64,000 bases of DNA, taken from the NCBI GenBank assembly GCA_963588325.1, contig CAVAFU010000011.1:22716-86715 (forward strand), given 5' to 3'. Within the stretch, counting starts at the first letter, position 1. The number at the start of each line of letters is the position of its first letter. The stretch comes from Oribacterium sp. GTDB lineage: Bacteria > Bacillota > Bacilli > Lactobacillales > Streptococcaceae. The notes under the pieces were generated by a model, which was not told the origin of the DNA, did no database searches, and saw nothing but the letters and a program-made list of their open reading frames with translations. Shown in pieces: positions 31,870-41,034 of this stretch. The translations under genes were made by a program, and so were the position numbers.

Positions 31870-32868
31870 ATGGTAATATTCACAGGTCGAACTGTTGAAG
31901 ATGCTATTGAAAAGGGCTTGAGGGAGTTGCATTTGTCACGCCTTAAAGCTCATATCAAAGTGGTTTCTCGTGAAAAGAAAGGTTTTTTAGGCTTTGGTAA
32001 AAAGCCTGCTCAGGTTGATATTGAAGGTATCAATGAGGTAACTGCTCACCGAGCAGACCAAAAGGCAGTAAAAGGTGTGCCTGATGCTGTTAACCAGAAA
32101 AATGAACCTGTCTCATCAAAACTTGAAGATACGATTGAGCTTCGCAAAGTTTCAAGTATCATCAAGAAGATGGAAGAAAGCGGAGAAATCATTGATGATT
32201 CTGTGAAAGATAGCATTGTCAAACATAAAAAATCTGCGCAAACCATTCTTGAAGAAGCAGGGCATACTAAGGTTTTAGAAGCTCTTGAAAAAGTCGAAGA
32301 ACCCGAAAAAGAAACTGTTCCAGTTGAAGAAGCTCCTAAAGCTGTTCAGACAGAACAATCTTTTGAAGAGTTTGTTGCTAGCGAATTTCCAGCTCAACGT
32401 GAATTGAGCAAAGATATTGAAAAAGCTACGGAAGAAGTTGCTGAATATGTTAAAAAAGTGATTTACGAAATGGACATTGAAGCAACCGTGGAAACAAGCC
32501 ACAACCGTCGCCAAATCAATCTACAAATTGAAACACCAGAGGCAGGACGTGTCATTGGTTACCATGGAAAAGTATTGAAATCTCTTCAATTGCTTTCACA
32601 AAACTTCTTACATGACCGTTATTCAAAGAATTTTTCTGTGATTTTAAATGTCCATGATTATGTGGAACACCGCACAGAAACATTGATTGAATTTACTCGT
32701 AAAGCTGCTAACCGTGTCCTTGAAACAGGTAAAGATTATGTCATGGACCCAATGAGCAATAGCGAACGTAAAATTGTTCATAAAACAATCACAGGCATTG
32801 ATGGAGTAGATAGTTATTCAGAAGGTAATGACCCTAACCGCTACGTCGTTGTGACTGTTGTTCAATAA
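31870..32868 (+). CDS. jag: RNA-binding protein Jag/EloR (KhpB)
   Basis: Jag N-terminus, KH (IGYHG), R3H (ERKIVH). Confidence 0.93.
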   Translation: MVIFTGRTVEDAIEKGLRELHLSRLKAHIKVVSREKKGFLGFGKKPAQVDIEGINEVTAHRADQKAVKGVPDAVNQKNEPVSSKLEDTIELRKVSSIIKKMEESGEIIDDSVKDSIVKHKKSAQTILEEAGHTKVLEALEKVEEPEKETVPVEEAPKAVQTEQSFEEFVASEFPAQRELSKDIEKATEEVAEYVKKVIYEMDIEATVETSHNRRQINLQIETPEAGRVIGYHGKVLKSLQLLSQNFLHDRYSKNFSVILNVHDYVEHRTETLIEFTRKAANRVLETGKDYVMDPMSNSERKIVHKTITGIDGVDSYSEGNDPNRYVVVTVVQ

Positions 32869-32969
32869 AATAGTTAAAAGGCTGAGACAGAAGTGCTCAG
32901 CTTTTTATGTTGTTGTCATTTTTAGGTTCATGAATGTGAAAAATTTAGTTGTCTCACTCTTCCGTTTTT

Positions 32970-33038
32970 ACCGCTTAGTTGCTCTTTTTAACCGCTTACC
33001 GTAAGATGCCTCTTTTGTTGGGGCTTTTTTGCTATAAT
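32970..33038 (+). promoter_or_regulatory. LytTR-type direct repeat plus extended -10
   Basis: ACCGCTTAG-12 nt-ACCGCTTAC, then TGcTATAAT at 33030-33038. Confidence 0.78.
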
Positions 33039-33062
33039 GGCTGCAAAAGGGAGGGAAAGGTT

Positions 33063-33914
33063 ATGTTGATTAGAACGAAGAATCTTATGAAAACATTTGG
33101 TGACCAATTGGTGATTGACCATTTGAATTTGGAAGTTGAAGAGGGAATGTTATTAGCCTATATTGGCACAAATGGTGCTGGGAAATCTACGACAATGCGG
33201 ATGTTGACGGGGCTTTTGGCACCGACATCTGGTGAGATTGAATTAGCGCCAGATTTGAAAATCGGAATGGTTTTTCAAGAGAGTGTCTTGGACGCTGAAT
33301 TGACTGTTTTGGATAATTTGAGGAGTCGTTCGGCACTTTACCGTAATCGTGATAAGGATTGGATGGATAAATTGGTTCATTTGACGGGGATTCATACTTT
33401 TCTTAATCAGACATATGGAACCTTGTCAGGAGGGCAACGTCGCCGCGTTGATATTGTTCGTGCACTTTTGAACAAGCCAAATTTGCTTTTCTTGGATGAA
33501 CCAACAACAGGGCTTGATATTCAGACACGCGAAGCTATTTGGCAATTATTGCGCCAGTTGCAAGCAGAAGAAAATTTAACAATCTTTTTGACAACGCATT
33601 ACCTTGAAGAGGCTGAAAATGCGGATATGGCTTATATCATTGACCATGGTAAGGTTTTAGCAAAAGGGTCAGCCAAAGAATTGAAAGAGACTTATACACA
33701 GCCATATTTATTAATCAAAACACAGCAAGTGAAAGCTTTTCAGGATACTGATTATTATCTACAAGCGGATGATTGCTTGAAAATTGAGGTTAACAGTGTG
33801 TCAGAAGCTCTAGCGATTTTGTCGGACAAGCGAGCCGTGATTGAGGATTTTGATTACAAAAAGGCTAATATCAACGATGTCTTTTTAAGCATTACGGGAA
33901 GGGAGATGGCGTAA
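33063..33914 (+). CDS. ABC transporter ATP-binding protein
   Basis: GTNGAGKST, LSGGQ, DEPTTGLD. Confidence 0.9.
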   Translation: MLIRTKNLMKTFGDQLVIDHLNLEVEEGMLLAYIGTNGAGKSTTMRMLTGLLAPTSGEIELAPDLKIGMVFQESVLDAELTVLDNLRSRSALYRNRDKDWMDKLVHLTGIHTFLNQTYGTLSGGQRRRVDIVRALLNKPNLLFLDEPTTGLDIQTREAIWQLLRQLQAEENLTIFLTTHYLEEAENADMAYIIDHGKVLAKGSAKELKETYTQPYLLIKTQQVKAFQDTDYYLQADDCLKIEVNSVSEALAILSDKRAVIEDFDYKKANINDVFLSITGREMA

Positions 33915-34754
33915 ATGGTTGCGATGACCAAACGAAATTTGAAACTTTATTTTTCCAATAAAATGAGTATCTTTTTCTCACTGTTGGGAGCTTTGATTGC
34001 TTTTGGTTTATACATTATTTTCTTGCAAAAAAATATGCAGGATTCTTGGTCTGGAACACCACATTTGGAAGAAATTTTAGATAATTGGGTGATTGGTGGC
34101 ACCTTGGCGATAACGAGCATTACGACAACTTGGACAGGAATTGTTCGCCTAGTTCATGACCGAGAAAATCACAAGCTAGAAGATTTTCTGTTGACTGATA
34201 CGTCACGTTTTAAAGTCTATCTAGGTTATTTAATGTCAGCGAGCGTCATTGGTTTTACCATGCAAGCATTTATGTTTGTCGTGATGAAACTCTACTTTCA
34301 TTGGCAAGATAATATTAGCCTTTCTGACTCACATTTACCACAAATACTTGGTATAATGGTTTTAGGGTCATTGCTCGGAGCAAGTCTTGCTTTGCTGATT
34401 TTACAATTTTTTAAATCGATAGAGTCTAGTGAGGCTTTATCAACCATTGTTGGGACAGTTTCAGGGTTTCTCGTGGGCGTCTATATGCCAATTGGAACAT
34501 TACCGAATATTGCACAAATTGTGGTTAAAATAACACCAGCAGCTTACGTCGCTGCGGCTTATCGTCAGACGTTGATTAACCAAGATTATCTGGGAAAATC
34601 AGAAAAAGTGTACTTAGGCATTGGCTTAAAATTAAAAGAATTAACGACGATCAATCAAGAATTGCTAATCATCAGCGGTGTGCTGGTTATTAGCCTTGGC
34701 ATTCTAGGAATGATGTTAATCGTCAAGGAAAAACGTCCAGTGATTAGTGGATAA
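33915..34754 (+). CDS. ABC-2 type permease
   Basis: KRNLKLYF N-terminus, 6 TM, GVYMPIG. Confidence 0.85.
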   Translation: MVAMTKRNLKLYFSNKMSIFFSLLGALIAFGLYIIFLQKNMQDSWSGTPHLEEILDNWVIGGTLAITSITTTWTGIVRLVHDRENHKLEDFLLTDTSRFKVYLGYLMSASVIGFTMQAFMFVVMKLYFHWQDNISLSDSHLPQILGIMVLGSLLGASLALLILQFFKSIESSEALSTIVGTVSGFLVGVYMPIGTLPNIAQIVVKITPAAYVAAAYRQTLINQDYLGKSEKVYLGIGLKLKELTTINQELLIISGVLVISLGILGMMLIVKEKRPVISG

Positions 34755-34761
34755 GTAGAAA

Positions 34762-35232
34762 ATGAGGGAGAGAGTTGTGCATTATCAGTTTGAGGAAGAT
34801 AAGCAGTTACCAAAAGATGTTATTGAAGTCTTAGTTAAAAGCTGTCAGCTTGACAATTCCGTACAAAAAGTTCTGGATTATCTTGCTCAATTTGAGCAAA
34901 AAGAGCCGACAGTTTTGCCGATAAAAACGGTAGACCGCATTGAAATGTTGCGTGTGGCGGATTTGATTCTTGTTGATGTTGACGGCTCTGCCCTTATTTT
35001 AGAAACGACACAAGGGCGCCTGGTGACAACTGACCGTCTGTATAAATTTCGTGAGCGCTTAGCTAATCCAGATTTTGTGCAGGTTTCTAAGCATGCTTTG
35101 ATTAATATCAATCATCTGAAAGCACTTGAGAATAGCTTTTCAGGCAATATGTTGGCAATCTTGACAGGAAAAATTAAAACAGATGTTAGTCGACGTTATT
35201 TGTCAGAGTTAGAAAGATGTTTGGGATTGTGA
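34762..35232 (+). CDS. Stand-alone LytTR DNA-binding regulator (LRS regulator)
   Basis: FVQVSKHALIN and VSRRY LytTR motifs; no receiver domain. Confidence 0.88.
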   Translation: MRERVVHYQFEEDKQLPKDVIEVLVKSCQLDNSVQKVLDYLAQFEQKEPTVLPIKTVDRIEMLRVADLILVDVDGSALILETTQGRLVTTDRLYKFRERLANPDFVQVSKHALININHLKALENSFSGNMLAILTGKIKTDVSRRYLSELERCLGL

Positions 35233-35242
35233 GGAATTCGAT

Positions 35243-35644
35243 GTGAAAAAATATATAAAACTTATCAGTATTTATTGGTTTATGGGGATTGGCATTGGAA
35301 GTTTAGTATACATCTTTTTCTTGTGGCAAAGTGGCGCTGAGACACAGACCGTTCAACAGATTATGAATGTGGTACTTATTAGTGGTTTGATTGGCTTGGT
35401 TAGCATGATTTTTGAATCAGAAATTCTCCCAGTCATTTGGCAATTTATCATTCATTTTTGTTTGGTTTATAGTTTGGATAGTTGTCTTAATTTGCTTAAT
35501 GGTATCACGACATCATTTATCTGGTCATGGCGTTTTTTAGCTGAATTTTTCATTATTTATTTGGTGATTTGGTTGTTTATCTATCTAAGCTTCAGCACTC
35601 GTGTGAGAAATATCAATAAGAAATTACAAGAGAAAAATCAGTAA
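35243..35644 (+). CDS. DUF3021-like membrane protein (LRS inhibitor)
   Basis: 4 TM, IHF and FIIYLVIW..INKKL pattern, directly after the LytTR gene. Confidence 0.78.
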   Translation: MKKYIKLISIYWFMGIGIGSLVYIFFLWQSGAETQTVQQIMNVVLISGLIGLVSMIFESEILPVIWQFIIHFCLVYSLDSCLNLLNGITTSFIWSWRFLAEFFIIYLVIWLFIYLSFSTRVRNINKKLQEKNQ

Positions 35645-35795
35645 GTATCTATAAATCTAAGAGAGTGAGACTTTAGTTGCCTCACTTTTTTTGATATTTA
35701 GCATTAAAATATTTTGAAAATGAGATGGCAAATGGTATACTTTTTAAAAAGTATATATTTTTATAATGATTATGGTTTTAGGGAGGAAATAGATT

Positions 35796-36196
35796 ATGAA
35801 AAAGGTGTTTTTGGTTGTTTGTTGTACTTTAGGGGTGTTATTTTCATTGTTTGGGGTCAATACTCAATTAGTAGCTTCTGATGTTGAGACTAGTGTGGTA
35901 TCGCATAAGACTGGTAATTATACCATTGATAAGATTGTTAGCGATTTAAAGGGTGAAGAATTTTTTACAAAAGATTACGCTGATGAGATGTTTGAATCAA
36001 TGAATGTTAGCGATGATACTAAAGTTATTGCTGATGAGAAGGTGGTCTTTTTTATTCGATATATGATAATCACGCTGTTTTAGAAACATACGATACTGAA
36101 ACTGGTCAAGTTATTGAAGAACTAAGCTTAGATTCTCCTGAGGCAACAACTATTGGTGAATTAAAAGAAGCCGTATACGCGGCTTTAGAAGAATGA
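35796..36196 (+). pseudogene. Exported hypothetical protein, frameshifted near 36038-36053
   Basis: Signal peptide; frame stops at 36083 but the -1 frame continues with similar acidic sequence to TGA 36196, then a hairpin terminator. Confidence 0.6.
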
Positions 36197-36287
36197 TATA
36201 GGCTTCCCCCAGTTATATGCTGGGGTATTTTGATTACTCATGCGAAAAAGATTTGATTTTGTGAGTGAGAAAAAAACTAAGTAGACC

Positions 36288-36316
36288 TTGACAGCTTCCT
36301 TTTCTTATTATAAAAT
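36288..36316 (+). promoter_or_regulatory. rpmH promoter
   Basis: TTGACA-17-TAAAAT. Confidence 0.75.
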
Positions 36317-36390
36317 AGTATGGTATGTTTAGTAACTGATCAAATATAGCCGGCTAAACGAATACGAAAATCTATGAGGAGGTATTCATC

Positions 36391-36525
36391 GTGAAACGTA
36401 CTTATCAACCAAGTAAAATCCGTCGTCAACGTAAACACGGATTCCGTCACCGTATGTCAACTAAAAACGGACGTCGCGTGCTTGCTGCTCGCCGTCGTAA
36501 AGGACGTAAAGTTTTATCTGCATAA
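36391..36525 (+). CDS. rpmH: 50S ribosomal protein L34 (not in ORF track)
   Basis: GTG start; [44 protein letters not shown]. Confidence 0.97.
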
Positions 36526-36672
36526 TTGATAGAATATAAGTCACCGTCAGTGCTCGAGTCTGGCGGTTTTTATTTTATGAAAAATTAGTAGTGATAAAAG
36601 AATAATTTACAGTATGAAAAAAGCCTAGGATAATGGTTCATCAGTTATCTTAGGCTTTTATATTACAAAAAA

Positions 36673-37824
36673 TTATTTCGAAAATTTAATACCTGGGGTG
36701 TTAAGGAAATTATTAATCACAAGTGCAACGCCGCCGTAGAGTGTAGCATCATCACCTAGACTACTAATAGCAAGCGTGACATTTTTGGCGAAAGTACTCT
36801 TAATATTTTTTTCAAGTTCTGATAAATATTGAGGATTTTTGATATAAAGAGAACTGTTAATGATAATAATTTGCGGGTCGTATAAAACGGCTAAGGTATT
36901 AAGAGCATTAGCGAGTTCATTGGCTTTTTCAGTCATTAGGTCTAGAGCAAATTTATCTTTAGCAGAAATAGCTTGTGTTAAAACATCTGAGTTTACCCTG
37001 CTGAGATTGTTATGTTTGGCGTATAAGTCATAAATGGCTTTATTTGAAGCATATTTTTCAAGACACCCATGATTACCACAGGCACATGCAATGCCATTAG
37101 GATGTAAAATGGTGTGACCAATTTCCCCAGCTTGTCCGTGAGCTCCGATTTGTAGCTTTCCATTTTGGATAATTCCAGCACCAATACCGCTGTGGATACT
37201 AACGCTGATAATATTGTCATGAGTAGAAGTAAATGTATACTCTCCTAAAGCTGTTAAATTGGCTTCATTTTCGAAAAGAATTGGAAAATCATAGCAATCA
37301 GTTAGTTGTTTGTGTAATGATTTTCCTGTTAGGTCTGAATACGGTGTAAAGCGAATGCTATTATTAACAACAATACCATGGATAGCAACAGCCATTCCCA
37401 CGATACCGTGAGTGGTAGAAGGGGCGTCATGCGTTAGTTCATCAACGATATCATTAATGTTTTGCAAGACATTATCAGCCGTTATAGAACAGTTTATGCT
37501 TTGTTTTTTTACGATTTTACCATTTAAAAACGTTAGCATGCCATTAAGGTAGTTATAGCCAATATCCAGAGTTAAAACGAGTCCAGCTTCAGGAAGAAAG
37601 GTAAGGTAAATTGGTTTTCTTCCCCCAGTTGCTGCAGCTTTACCAATCCCAGCTTCAGAAATTAGTTCGTTATCAATGAGCTCTGATGTGATAGATGACA
37701 CGGTTGCTTTGTTGAGTTCTAAAAGTGATGAGATTTCAGCACGTGAGATGGGTTGATTTTCTATAATAGTTTTTAATACTAGGGCTTGATTTTTTTCTCT
37801 GATGAGATACTTGTCCGTAACGAT
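36673..37824 (-). CDS. xylR: ROK-family xylose repressor (probable ATC start)
   Basis: N-terminal HTH ISRAEIS..LNKATVS, GGRKP, ENEAN, GEIGH..CACGNHGCLE; divergent from xylA. Confidence 0.9.
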   Translation of the reverse strand: MVTDKYLIREKNQALVLKTIIENQPISRAEISSLLELNKATVSSITSELIDNELISEAGIGKAAATGGRKPIYLTFLPEAGLVLTLDIGYNYLNGMLTFLNGKIVKKQSINCSITADNVLQNINDIVDELTHDAPSTTHGIVGMAVAIHGIVVNNSIRFTPYSDLTGKSLHKQLTDCYDFPILFENEANLTALGEYTFTSTHDNIISVSIHSGIGAGIIQNGKLQIGAHGQAGEIGHTILHPNGIACACGNHGCLEKYASNKAIYDLYAKHNNLSRVNSDVLTQAISAKDKFALDLMTEKANELANALNTLAVLYDPQIIIINSSLYIKNPQYLSELEKNIKSTFAKNVTLAISSLGDDATLYGGVALVINNFLNTPGIKFSK

Positions 37825-37885
37825 AACGATCCCTCCTTTTAAAGTAAGTTTAACATAATTGTGGGAAAAAAACTCAAAAATTTTA

Positions 37886-37958
37886 TGAAAGCGCTTGACA
37901 AAAAAATCTGATACGCTTATACTATGTCTGTAAGTTAGTTTAACAAACTAACCAACTT
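37886..37958 (+). promoter_or_regulatory. xylA promoter with cre site and XylR operator
   Basis: cre TGAAAGCGCTTGAC over TTGACA-17-TATACT; operator AGTTAGTT-N9-AACCAACT. Confidence 0.8.
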
Positions 37959-37984
37959 AAATCAAATTATAAGGGAGAAAAATT

Positions 37985-39292
37985 ATGGCTTACTTTCCAA
38001 ATGTAGAAAAGGTTGTTTACGAAGGAACTAGTACAGAAAATCCGTTTGCTTTCCGTCACTATAATCCAGACGAAGTGGTTGAAGGAAAAACAATGAGAGA
38101 ACACCTTCGTTTTGCATTGGCTTACTGGCATACAATGACGCAAGATGGTTCAGATCCTTTTGGTACTGCTGTTAATCAACGTACTTGGTTTGGTGCTACT
38201 CCAATGGAAACAGCAAAAAATCGTGTGGAAGCATTTTTTGAAATTTTGGTAAAACTTGATGTGGATTACTTCTGTTTCCATGATGTTGATATTGCACCAG
38301 CTGGTGATTCTTTGGAAGAATTCTTTGCAAATCTTGATGAAATTACTGATCTTATCAAGGAAAAAATGGAAGAAACTGGTAAAAAACTCCTTTGGAACAC
38401 TGCCAATATGTTTTCTCATCCACGTTTTAACAACGGTGCTGCTTCATCTAACAATGCAGAAGTATTTGCTTATGCAGCTGCTCAGGTGAAAAAAGGTTTG
38501 GATATTTCTAAAAAACTTGGTGGTGAAAATTATGTCTTTTGGGGTGGACGTGAAGGTTACGAAACTCTTCTAAATACAGACATGAAATTTGAACAAGATA
38601 ACATTGCTCGTTTGTTCAAAATGGCTATTGCTTATGGTGAAAAAATTGGTCATAAACCTCAATTCCTGATTGAACCAAAACCAAAAGAACCATCAAAACA
38701 TCAATATGATTTTGATGCAGCGACTACTATGGCTTTCATTCTTAAACATGGTTTAGAAAATGATTTTAAACTTAACTTGGAAGCTAATCATGCTACTCTT
38801 GCTGGTCATACTTTTGAGCATGAATTGAACGTTGCGCGTGATTATGATGCTCTTGGTTCAATCGATGCCAACCAAGGTGACGTGCTTCTTGGATGGGATA
38901 CAGATGAGTTTCCAACAAACATCTATGATGCAACATTTGCAATGCTTCAAATCTTAGAAAATGGTGGTCTTCAACCTGGTGGTATTAACTTTGACGCCAA
39001 GGTTCGTCGTTCTTCACATGAAATGGATGACCTTTTATTAGCTCATATTGCAGGTATGGATACTTTTGCCCGTGGTTTGAAAGCTGCTGCGAAATTGCGT
39101 GAAGATCGCTTCTTTGAAGATATTAAAGAAAAACGTTACGCTTCATACAAAGAAGGTATCGGTGCAAGCATCTTGGCTGATAAAGAAGATTTTGACAGTT
39201 TGACAGCTTATGCGCTTAAACATGATAATCCACAGCTTGAATCAAGTCATATTGAATTGGTTAAATCTCGTTTGAACGATTATCTTGTTTAA
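37985..39292 (+). CDS. xylA: Xylose isomerase (class II)
   Basis: [26 protein letters not shown] motifs. Confidence 0.97.
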   Translation: MAYFPNVEKVVYEGTSTENPFAFRHYNPDEVVEGKTMREHLRFALAYWHTMTQDGSDPFGTAVNQRTWFGATPMETAKNRVEAFFEILVKLDVDYFCFHDVDIAPAGDSLEEFFANLDEITDLIKEKMEETGKKLLWNTANMFSHPRFNNGAASSNNAEVFAYAAAQVKKGLDISKKLGGENYVFWGGREGYETLLNTDMKFEQDNIARLFKMAIAYGEKIGHKPQFLIEPKPKEPSKHQYDFDAATTMAFILKHGLENDFKLNLEANHATLAGHTFEHELNVARDYDALGSIDANQGDVLLGWDTDEFPTNIYDATFAMLQILENGGLQPGGINFDAKVRRSSHEMDDLLLAHIAGMDTFARGLKAAAKLREDRFFEDIKEKRYASYKEGIGASILADKEDFDSLTAYALKHDNPQLESSHIELVKSRLNDYLV

Positions 39293-39357
39293 TAAAAAAG
39301 AATTACATATGCCGTTCATAATCTCCTGAGCGGCATATTTTTAGAAAAGAGGCACGT

Positions 39358-40863
39358 ATGTCTTATGTTTTAGGGATTGATTTAGGAACCTCTAGTTTAA
39401 AAGGGGTTCTGATGGATGATAAAGGAAATCTTATTATAACAAAATCCGCTGAGTATGGGATTGACACACCAAAGCAGGGCTATTCTGAACAAAGACCAGA
39501 GTACTGGGTAGTTGCTCTAGAAACTGTTTTGACAGGATTATCTCTTGATGTTCCTGACTTTGGTAGTGAATTGGCTGGTATTAGTTTTTCTGGTCAGATG
39601 CATTCATTGGTTGTTTTAGATGAAGATAATAGTCCCGTTTATCCAGCTATTTTGTGGAATGATGTTAGAACGACAAAACAATGTGAGCAAATTACGGAAA
39701 AACTTGGCAGTAAATTACTTGATATCACAAGAAATATTGCTTTAGAAGGTTTCACATTGCCTAAGATTCTTTGGTTACAGGAAAATGAACCAGAGGTATG
39801 GGCTAAAGTTAGTAAAATCATGTTGCCAAAAGATTATCTTAATTTATGGTTAACAGGAAATAGTTGTACTGATTTTTCAGATGCGGCAGGAACTTTATTG
39901 CTAGATATCAACCAAAAAGAATGGTCTTCTGAGATAGCAGAGACTTTCAATATTGATATGGCAATTCTCCCAGAGTTAGTTGAATCAACGGCGCAAACTG
40001 GAGTGGTTAAAGCTGAAATTGCCGAACGTTATGGGATTAAAAATCAGGTAAAAGTATTTGCTGGTGGTGCGGATAATGCGGTAGCGGCTTTGGGTGTTGG
40101 ATTGATTAATGAAGAAATTGGGCTTGTTTCAATGGGAACGTCAGGTGTTGTTTCAGCCTACGAGCCTAATGTAGCTGATTACCAAGGAAAACTTCATTTC
40201 TTTAATCATACTGTGCCAAATGCTTATTATTCTATGGGCGTTACCTTGGCGGCTGGCAATTCTTTAAATTGGTACAAAGAAACTTTTGGTAAAGGCTTAA
40301 GTTTTAACGAATTGTTATCTGAAGTCTATACTGTTTCGCCTGGTTCGGAAGGCCTGTTATTCACTCCATATATTGTGGGGGAACGAACACCGCATTTTGA
40401 TTCTAAAATCAGAGGTAGTTTCCTAGGAATATCTGCTCGTCATAAGCAAAAACATTTTTCAAGAGCTGTATTAGAGGGCATCACTTTTTCATTGCGTGAT
40501 TCAAAAGACATCATGGAAAAAACTAAAGGAAAAACGTTTAAAAAGTTAATTTCAGTTGGTGGTGGTGCTCAAAACCCTGATATTTTACAAATGCAAGCAG
40601 ATATTTTCAATGCAGAAATGCTCCGTTTGACAGTCGACCAAGGACCAGGATTAGGGGCTTGTATGATTGCGGCGTATGGTTGTCAATTTTATGAAACTTT
40701 AGAAGATGTGACCAAGGCATTTGTCCATTATAAAGAAGCAACATTTTTACCAAGACCAGAAAATGTTGAGCGTTACGATAAGGTTTATAACATTTGGAAA
40801 CAGGCATATCGCCAAACAGCTGAATTGTCTCATCAGTTAGTTGATTTTAATGAGTCTGAATAA
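39358..40863 (+). CDS. xylB: Xylulokinase
   Basis: GIDLGTS, SGQMH, LWNDVR, GERTP motifs. Confidence 0.95.
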   Translation: MSYVLGIDLGTSSLKGVLMDDKGNLIITKSAEYGIDTPKQGYSEQRPEYWVVALETVLTGLSLDVPDFGSELAGISFSGQMHSLVVLDEDNSPVYPAILWNDVRTTKQCEQITEKLGSKLLDITRNIALEGFTLPKILWLQENEPEVWAKVSKIMLPKDYLNLWLTGNSCTDFSDAAGTLLLDINQKEWSSEIAETFNIDMAILPELVESTAQTGVVKAEIAERYGIKNQVKVFAGGADNAVAALGVGLINEEIGLVSMGTSGVVSAYEPNVADYQGKLHFFNHTVPNAYYSMGVTLAAGNSLNWYKETFGKGLSFNELLSEVYTVSPGSEGLLFTPYIVGERTPHFDSKIRGSFLGISARHKQKHFSRAVLEGITFSLRDSKDIMEKTKGKTFKKLISVGGGAQNPDILQMQADIFNAEMLRLTVDQGPGLGACMIAAYGCQFYETLEDVTKAFVHYKEATFLPRPENVERYDKVYNIWKQAYRQTAELSHQLVDFNESE

Positions 40864-41034
40864 GTCTAAGTATTAGTGATAAAGAGGTTAAGTGTTAATA
40901 CTTTTGGAGGAATCCTTTGGAAAAGTGCTAAAGGAAAAGTGAGATAAGTGGGGAAATATCATTATGAAACATTCAAAAGTTAGCCAACCTATCGTTTGGT
41001 ATTATTTAAAAAAGAAATTGAGGATTTTTAATTA

